IMG/VR virus record: IMGVR_UViG_3300023181_000009
Location: 1-53,656 of that record
Source of the DNA: a virus
Taxonomy: Duplodnaviria; Caudoviricetes
Reading direction: 5' to 3' (one strand)
DNA length: 53,656 nucleotides
Shown here: piece by piece, positions 47,836 to 53,656 of the stretch
Position numbering within the stretch: the first letter of the stretch is position 1
How the letters are laid out: each line of letters opens with the position of its first letter
Notes under the pieces: generated by a model
The model's database searches: none
What the model saw: the letters and a program-made list of their open reading frames with translations, nothing else
Told to the model about the DNA's origin: nothing
Made by a program: the position numbers and the translations under genes

Positions 47836-47840
47836 AATAG

Positions 47841-48443
47841 TTAATCTAATCCAAAATACAAATCCATGCTCAAATATTCTGTATTAGCTTGCTTTAAAGC
47901 ATCTATTAACTTCCCTTTAGATTCTTTACATAAACCATATCCATAACCACGATAACGATAAGATCGCTCAAATGTAGATATAGGAAATATTAACACATCA
48001 TCTATAACAAGCTTTTTATTAGTAAGGTCTTCAAAAAAAGTATTTACAAATATGTTATAATATGTAATTCCTTCTTTTTCTGAACGTTTAGCATAGGCGT
48101 ATTTAGTTATAGAAAAATCAAACTTGGATATTATTTCAACAGGAGTTCCATAAGTATGCCTTATAAGTTCAACTCTAATATTGGTAGTTTTATTTTTGTA
48201 GCACTTTACATTTTTATTTTCATAAGAAAAAATATAATTATCATCTTTTTCAAAAACATCAACTGCTTCTATTAAATCTTTTTCAGATTGAAAAAAAACA
48301 TCAATATCCTTTATCTTTTGATTATTAAAAATGTTTTTAAAGCAACCACCTGCTATAAATCCCTTGTGTCCTTCCATGTAGTAATCTAGGAATCTAACTT
48401 TGTTAAATGATTCTTTTGCACGTTCTATAAATTTACTTTCCAT
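47841..48443 (-). CDS. Pol-beta superfamily nucleotidyltransferase (CCA/poly(A) polymerase head-like)
   Basis: FIAGGCF...KDIDVFF, VELI, FDFSI motifs. Confidence 0.75.
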   Translation of the reverse strand: MESKFIERAKESFNKVRFLDYYMEGHKGFIAGGCFKNIFNNQKIKDIDVFFQSEKDLIEAVDVFEKDDNYIFSYENKNVKCYKNKTTNIRVELIRHTYGTPVEIISKFDFSITKYAYAKRSEKEGITYYNIFVNTFFEDLTNKKLVIDDVLIFPISTFERSYRYRGYGYGLCKESKGKLIDALKQANTEYLSMDLYFGLD

Positions 48444-48488
48444 TATATTATAATTGTTTAATTTTACACATTTTTAAAGCCAAAAAAA

Positions 48489-48647
48489 TCATTTACATAA
48501 TGATATAACCATTTGTATTTCTGTTTTTTTCCAGTTATTTTTAATTAGCCTGGTGTCTAATGTAGTCCTTGTAATGCCAAGTTTTAATGCAAGCCAAGAC
48601 TTTGATTCATTATTTATTAAATTATATGCTTTTGTTGTTATGTTCAT
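48489..48647 (-). CDS. Cro-like HTH protein (52 aa, absent from the ORF track)
   Basis: SKSWLALKLGITRTTLDTRLIKNNWKKTE; promoter box at 48705-48712. Confidence 0.65.
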   Translation of the reverse strand: MNITTKAYNLINNESKSWLALKLGITRTTLDTRLIKNNWKKTEIQMVISLCK

Positions 48648-48729
48648 TTTTGTACACGTTAAGTTTTAATAAAACCCCAATAATAAAACTGGGGTTTGTT
48701 ACTGCAAATATAAGGATAATATTTAGATA

Positions 48730-49101
48730 TTAAAATTGTTTACCATTTTCTTTTATCCTATTTTCAATTTTATGATCTTCACGGTTAGCGTTGTATTCTA
48801 ACTTTTCAGCAATAGCCCCGCCAATATCATAACCCCAACGACCGCAATAATCCATAATACGGATTACAGTATCAGCCATTTCTACTTCTACCATTGGTCT
48901 GTGAGGCAAATGGTCATCCATTAAGTTTTTACGCTCTCCTTCCATAGCCTCAGATAGTTCAGAATGCATAAGGCAAATCATCTCGGCTTTATTTCGTTCT
49001 TTTAATGCTCCTGTTTCTAAATCAGTATGCCATCCTGCTTTTAATGATTCATTGAAGCATATGTCTCTTAAAATGTTAATTGGTTCTTTAATGCTTGTCA
49101 T
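48730..49101 (-). CDS. MazG-like nucleoside triphosphate pyrophosphohydrolase
   Basis: LMHSELSEAMEG.RK...EVEMADTVIRIMD...EKLEYN..R. Confidence 0.8.
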   Translation of the reverse strand: MTSIKEPINILRDICFNESLKAGWHTDLETGALKERNKAEMICLMHSELSEAMEGERKNLMDDHLPHRPMVEVEMADTVIRIMDYCGRWGYDIGGAIAEKLEYNANREDHKIENRIKENGKQF

Positions 49102-49203
49102 AATTTATTTTTAAATAATAAGTTTTAATGTTTCTTTATTTTACGTTAAATGATTTTTTGTAAATTACGATACTACCGGTGTTTTATAAATGTTACATTA
49201 TAT

Positions 49204-49944
49204 TTAAGTATTTAGTATTTCTTCTGCTTTAATAACCTTTTCAATTAAAAGGCTTTTATCTTCATCTGTTGGTTTAAAATTATGTATAACCTTTGAAGGC
49301 CATTTGCTGTGAGTTGGAATATAAGCAAGTTCACTAATATGTTTTTCTGTAATAAATCTACCTTGCCATGGTTCTATTCCAATACGTTCCAAAAAGTTTG
49401 TGTCTTCAATTTCTTCACGTATAGCCATTAACTGAAGTTCCGAAGGAGTAAAAGCCATTATCTCGCAAAATTCTACATTAAGTAATATAGAATTAGAAAC
49501 TACCTGCCAATAAATATCAGGGAATAAGACTTTAAATTCATCAACTGATATTATGCCCTCGTTTAACTCTAATAACGCTTTAGAAAGGCTATAATACTTC
49601 TTAGGTTGATAGCATTTCATTTCTCCTGCTGTATTAAGTTTAGTGAAGTCAGGCGACCCACTCCAAAAAGCATATTTAGGATGCGTTAAAGTCGTTTTTG
49701 AACATAACGAATATTCTATACCCATATCGTTTTCAAAAGCCCATGTCTCCATTACTTTGCCCCAGCACATATCTTGTGAGTAAGCTCCTGTATCTAAAGA
49801 ACGCCCCAAACATCTTTCGGCTCTTTTCTCTTCAATATAAGTCAAAGCAGGTGCACCAAAATTTTTACCTGATTTGTCTTTAGTCATTAACTTGAATATT
49901 TCGCTTGAAGTAAAACGACCTATTCTTTGCTCTATACTAATCAT
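49204..49944 (-). CDS. YqaJ/lambda-exonuclease-family nuclease
   Basis: RIGRFTSSE, WG..ME, SGSPD, EMKC, YWQ. Confidence 0.8.
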   Translation of the reverse strand: MISIEQRIGRFTSSEIFKLMTKDKSGKNFGAPALTYIEEKRAERCLGRSLDTGAYSQDMCWGKVMETWAFENDMGIEYSLCSKTTLTHPKYAFWSGSPDFTKLNTAGEMKCYQPKKYYSLSKALLELNEGIISVDEFKVLFPDIYWQVVSNSILLNVEFCEIMAFTPSELQLMAIREEIEDTNFLERIGIEPWQGRFITEKHISELAYIPTHSKWPSKVIHNFKPTDEDKSLLIEKVIKAEEILNT

Positions 49945-50440
49945 TATTTTTAATCTTTGAGTTTAGAAAGTTAGTTACCTTGTTATAGGAGTTATGTTCT
50001 TGATTATTTATAACCCTTTCAACTCCTGATAATTCTTCTTGACTTAATTCGCCTTTAACTTGGTCTAATAGAGTTTTAATATTTCCTAAATAATCCATAC
50101 CACCTTTTAAAACCCGAAGTATAGCAAGCCCGTTAGCTTCTCCTATTCTGCCTTTATTAGCTACTACACCAATCTCTACTTCAAGGTTAATCCATCCTGT
50201 AGTTTCTTTTGTTCCGGTAAATGAATTTAATTGCTTACAGTTAGTAGCGTTTAATATCATAGGCTTTACAATTTCGCCATTTGGATAAGTTTTCTCAACA
50301 AAGTAAGCTACATTCTTTAATTCCTTTTTTTGTAATTGCACATCCTTTTGCTCTACCCTTTGTATTGTAAGGATAACATTAGAATCTATATCCCATGCTG
50401 CCATGAAATCAGATTTAAAAGCGTTTCTCCAATTTGCCAT
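49937..50440 (-). CDS. Putative ssDNA-binding/annealing protein
   Basis: Coupled to the exonuclease; KPMILNATN motif; function inferred from synteny. Confidence 0.45.
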   Translation of the reverse strand: MANWRNAFKSDFMAAWDIDSNVILTIQRVEQKDVQLQKKELKNVAYFVEKTYPNGEIVKPMILNATNCKQLNSFTGTKETTGWINLEVEIGVVANKGRIGEANGLAILRVLKGGMDYLGNIKTLLDQVKGELSQEELSGVERVINNQEHNSYNKVTNFLNSKIKNND

Positions 50441-50461
50441 ATTATTGTTTTTTGTTTTTAA

Positions 50462-50908
50462 TTAATATATTGGTGGTTTAGGTTTAATTATTTCTTGGTA
50501 ATGACTAAATATAGGTTCTCTTGTTTCGTGGTTTATAGCGTTAGATAATCTACCTGTAAAAATATCTATACGATAACCGATACCCCAATCTACTTTTGAA
50601 TAAACAAAATAAGAACCTTCTTTTATAGGCAAATCATTTTCACTTTCTATTTTTACCCAATTATTATTGCCGTGTATTCCTTTAAGTAGTGTTGGCTGCC
50701 AGTAATACCATCCATCTCCATATTCAGAATCACATTTAAAATTACCTTCTCTATATGGTATTTCATAATCTATTAATGTTTGTTCTGCATCTTCTTGTCC
50801 ATTGGTGCAATAACCACAATTAAACCATCCTTCTGCATCAATATTTTCTTTATTTGAATCCCAATGTTTTCCATAAGCTTCTTTAATCGCTAATTCCTTT
50901 GCTGTCAT
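50462..50908 (-). CDS. Protein with DUF551-like C-terminus
   Basis: NNWVKIESENDLP...SHYQEIIKPKPPIY. Confidence 0.6.
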   Translation of the reverse strand: MTAKELAIKEAYGKHWDSNKENIDAEGWFNCGYCTNGQEDAEQTLIDYEIPYREGNFKCDSEYGDGWYYWQPTLLKGIHGNNNWVKIESENDLPIKEGSYFVYSKVDWGIGYRIDIFTGRLSNAINHETREPIFSHYQEIIKPKPPIY

Positions 50909-51090
50909 AACTTATCTATTTCTTGTTTAACTTCTTCCCAGTAATCTCCATTTAAAACACGTACAGTAACATTTGTATTAGCTTCTATAATTTCATTAAC
51001 GCATATAATAGCGGCTTTTTTTGAAAATGTTTTAAGTTTAAAGCTACCAAACATTACATATAATTGTTCCGCTTTTTGTTTTGGATTCAT
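50905..51090 (-). CDS. Hypothetical phage protein
   Basis: PKQKAEQL...AAIICVNEII...YWEEVKQEI. Confidence 0.65.
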   Translation of the reverse strand: MNPKQKAEQLYVMFGSFKLKTFSKKAAIICVNEIIEANTNVTVRVLNGDYWEEVKQEIDKL

Positions 51091-51092
51091 AA

Positions 51093-51335
51093 CTATTTAT
51101 TTTCAAATTTAACAAGTTCATCAAATGTTAATCCTGTTTTATCCATAAGATATTTAACAACTGATAAAGAGTTTGAATTAAAACCTTTATTATAGGTTAC
51201 TAATGTTTTTGGTGTAAGTCCTGTATCTTCTGAAATTGACTTTTGATTTATTTCAGTTCCTGGATTTTCAATTCTTATTTTCTGAATTGCGGTATCTATT
51301 AAAATAGTAACGTTCTGTTTGTTCTTTTTATTCAT
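51093..51335 (-). CDS. Cro/C1-type HTH regulator
   Basis: NQKSISEDTGLTPKTLVTYNKG...GLTFDELV. Confidence 0.7.
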   Translation of the reverse strand: MNKKNKQNVTILIDTAIQKIRIENPGTEINQKSISEDTGLTPKTLVTYNKGFNSNSLSVVKYLMDKTGLTFDELVKFENK

Positions 51336-51344
51336 AGTGTTTAA

Positions 51345-51587
51345 TTATTTGTTGTCGGTTGCTAATGGAGTGTCGAGAACATTTTTGTCATTATTGTAAT
51401 CAACGTAACATAATTGTTTTTGCTTTATACACATTTGTTTGGCGTGTTCTTGCATACATTCATTTAAAATATATTCAACGGTATTTCCTGATAGTTTATC
51501 TAAATCAATATCTGTTATTACCTGTTCAAAGTTTTCATATCCATGTTTAATAGCTACTTCATACTTAATTTGTTCTAATGTTTTCAT
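51345..51587 (-). CDS. Hypothetical protein
   Basis: ORF within the operon. Confidence 0.6.
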   Translation of the reverse strand: MKTLEQIKYEVAIKHGYENFEQVITDIDLDKLSGNTVEYILNECMQEHAKQMCIKQKQLCYVDYNNDKNVLDTPLATDNK

Positions 51588-52007
51588 TTATATAGTTTCA
51601 AAATAGTTAATAGCTAAACCTGCAGGAATTAAATTAAACATATCAATATGTTCTTTTGCCATAAATATTATAGTTCTAAATTCAAGATGTGATATATTTA
51701 TATTTTTGTTTGCTAAAGCGCATATATCTTGTTTTTGGCTTGTAGAAATACCAACTGTTTTTATTAAAGCTTCTGTATAATAGCTTAGAGGCTTTAGTAT
51801 GGGTTTAAACAGCATAACATCATATCTTTTAATTGATTCAGTTAGTGAAATTAAATTAATTCCATCTATTGATTGTAAACCATCTATTTGCAATAACCTG
51901 TCTGATTTAAATATCTTAGTTATATTGCATTTAACTTTCAACCCATAAGGCAAATACACCGATAAGTGTTCAAGTGTTAGTTTAGTTGTTTCCATTTTAT
52001 AATTCAA
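51588..52007 (-). CDS. Hypothetical phage protein (paralog of 4048..4536)
   Basis: LTLEHLSVYLPYGLKV...KPILKPLS...NLIPAGLAI. Confidence 0.7.
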   Translation of the reverse strand: MNYKMETTKLTLEHLSVYLPYGLKVKCNITKIFKSDRLLQIDGLQSIDGINLISLTESIKRYDVMLFKPILKPLSYYTEALIKTVGISTSQKQDICALANKNINISHLEFRTIIFMAKEHIDMFNLIPAGLAINYFETI

Positions 52008-52188
52008 TTATTATTTGTTCAATTAGTTTTGTTTTTTCGTCACGTTGTTTCATTAAAGCGTAAAAGTCAGTATCTGTAACATCGTTATCACAACGCCCCC
52101 AACTTTCACTAACCATTAAATCACATCTTTTTTCAATTTCCCGCTTATCATTTACAAGCTGCTTTAGTTGTTGTATTTTGTCTTGCAT
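51997..52188 (-). CDS. Hypothetical protein
   Basis: ORF within the operon. Confidence 0.6.
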   Translation of the reverse strand: MQDKIQQLKQLVNDKREIEKRCDLMVSESWGRCDNDVTDTDFYALMKQRDEKTKLIEQIIIEL

Positions 52189-52190
52189 GG

Positions 52191-52571
52191 TTAAATGAAT
52201 TTGAAATTAAAAATACCTGCTCTGCATTTATCTGTGCAGCTTTGGTGTATACTTCCTACATCAATTTTGGTTTTACTTTCAGCTTCACGAATGGAGTTGT
52301 ACACGCAAATTAATTTATCTTCAAAATATTTAGCTACTGGTCTTTGATCCATGCCTTTAACTATAGATAATACATTTCCTATTTTTCTTATAGGTTCTTT
52401 CTCAAATCGTCTAAATTGGAAATCATTGCCTTTTGTGTTTTTACCATTAACTATACAAGATATCAAATTTCTATCTGCACCCGTTAAATTAGAAGCTTCC
52501 TCAATACCGAAAGTAGAAGTTATAAAATTACCTTCTAAATCATATATAGCTACATTATATTTATTGCTCAT
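52191..52571 (-). CDS. Tandem NUMOD1 domain protein
   Basis: Two repeats: VAIYDLEGNFI...IEEAS...ISCIVNG and RPVAKY...YNSIREAE...IHQSC...AGIFNFK. Confidence 0.7.
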   Translation of the reverse strand: MSNKYNVAIYDLEGNFITSTFGIEEASNLTGADRNLISCIVNGKNTKGNDFQFRRFEKEPIRKIGNVLSIVKGMDQRPVAKYFEDKLICVYNSIREAESKTKIDVGSIHQSCTDKCRAGIFNFKFI

Positions 52572-52694
52572 AATTCAATTATTTTTTCATAGTTAGGATT
52601 TACCCCGTAATCTTTATAAAGGTTACTTAAAGGCTCGTTGTAGTTTGGATCGGGGTGTGTTTCGGTTATTTCAATTGTTATCATTGTTAAATCT

Positions 52695-52931
52695 TTAAAT
52701 ATATAATTTACATTTTTTTAGAATATCTATAGCGTAATTAACTGCGCCTCTTTTAGTATGAAAAACCCTTCTATCTAAATACACATACCTTTTATTTCCA
52801 TCCTTATCATTAGTCAGGTTTATTTCAAGATACCAGTCAAACTTAGTTTTAATGCCTTTAGTAACTAAATAAGAACCATTATTAAATTCATATTTATAAG
52901 AAGATTGTTTTATTGCAGCCATAATATTCAT
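52695..52931 (-). CDS. Hypothetical protein
   Basis: First gene of the leftward arm. Confidence 0.6.
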   Translation of the reverse strand: MNIMAAIKQSSYKYEFNNGSYLVTKGIKTKFDWYLEINLTNDKDGNKRYVYLDRRVFHTKRGAVNYAIDILKKCKLYI

Positions 52932-52945
52932 CGTTTTTGTTACTG

Positions 52946-53035
52946 CAAATATAAAACAAATAAGTTAATTACAAAACAAAAAAGTAAATTTATTTACTAA
53001 AATGTTTGTTTATGTAAATATATTGTTTACATTTG
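52946..53035. promoter_or_regulatory. Divergent promoter pair
   Basis: Leftward TATATTTG (52946-52953, - strand); rightward TTTG(53005)-N19-TACATTTG(53028-53035). Confidence 0.75.
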
Positions 53036-53069
53036 TACTCAGATAACAACAACATTAAACAATAATATT

Positions 53070-53396
53070 ATGGAAAACAATTCAATTACATCGGAAGAAA
53101 AAAACTGCGGATTTCAATATTCGGTAGAAACAGGGTCTTATTTTAAGGAAATAGAAATTAGGGTAGATAAAACAGAACTTACATTATCGGAAGCTAAAGC
53201 ATTATGGAATGAAAATTATTCTGATGCTTACATTAATGTTAAGCAAGGCAATAAAGTAGAAATGGTTATTTGGGTTAATATGCCTAATAGTTATAGTTTC
53301 GGAGAAAAGTTGCATTATATTGATTATAGTGCGGAAATTGATGGAAGTTATATTATAGAAAGAACCGTTAAGTACTTTCCTAAACATATTAAATAA
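53070..53396 (+). CDS. Hypothetical protein
   Basis: First gene of the rightward arm. Confidence 0.65.
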   Translation: MENNSITSEEKNCGFQYSVETGSYFKEIEIRVDKTELTLSEAKALWNENYSDAYINVKQGNKVEMVIWVNMPNSYSFGEKLHYIDYSAEIDGSYIIERTVKYFPKHIK

Positions 53397-53404
53397 CCTT
53401 AGAC

Positions 53405-53656
53405 ATGCAAAATACCACCCCTTTAAACTGGAAGACTGTAAATTATTACGAAATACAAAATACAGATTTATGTTTAGCTTTATACCCTTATGAAGTTTAT
53501 TGGGGTAGTAAAATGCAAATGCTAAATTACACAGGTAAAGGAGGCATAAATTATATACCTAACCATAAAGTTGAACACTGGTTTTTGTTTTCATTTAGAA
53601 ACCACAACGACTACAGTATAAAAGACATTAAAGTTTTTAAACATTGCTTAAACTAA
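53405..53656 (+). CDS. Hypothetical protein (ends inside the terminal repeat)
   Basis: Complete ORF; its 3' end is also present at 1-127. Confidence 0.65.
   Translation: MQNTTPLNWKTVNYYEIQNTDLCLALYPYEVYWGSKMQMLNYTGKGGINYIPNHKVEHWFLFSFRNHNDYSIKDIKVFKHCLN
53530..53656. repeat. Terminal direct repeat, copy 2
   Basis: Identical to 1-127. Confidence 0.95.

Noticed and set aside
48672-48712. Promoter followed at once by a hairpin, as another attenuator
   Set aside because: Single hairpin with a weak U-tract and no complementary partner; a plain terminator or 5' stabiliser explains it
1-53656. tRNA genes or CRISPR arrays
   Set aside because: No cloverleaf or regularly spaced repeat-spacer pattern seen by eye; tRNAscan-SE and a CRISPR finder would confirm

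Overview
The window is an apparently complete, circularly assembled ~53.5 kb AT-rich tailed phage genome (siphovirus-like); positions 1-127 repeat exactly at 53530-53656. The host is probably Bacteroidota/Flavobacteriia, judged from the many TAnnTTTG promoter boxes and A-rich leaders lacking a Shine-Dalgarno sequence. On the + strand, small early genes (53070 through the origin to 9225) are followed by terS, terL, portal, scaffold, capsid, neck, tail, tape measure and fibre genes, then a cluster of exported and membrane proteins and a GH19 endolysin. On the - strand (34283-52931) are an antirepressor, YopX, NinG, an AAA ATPase, a DNA methyltransferase, a replication initiator with internal iterons, a nucleotidyltransferase, a MazG-like pyrophosphatase, a YqaJ exonuclease and HTH regulators. 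I recognised no integrase, DNA polymerase, tRNA or CRISPR array. The main observations are: (1) the terL Walker A loop is interrupted in frame by CGA-TGA-CGG, and a 6-nt stop-hop would restore YGGAIRGGKS; (2) two copies of a leader RNA with covarying 7-bp kissing loops, one loop sitting on a terminator-like hairpin; (3) tail-fibre-like and fibre-chaperone-like proteins that carry export signals; (4) an attenuator-like leader before the capsid operon and a standalone small RNA before the endolysin. All product calls come from motif recognition by eye, not database searches.
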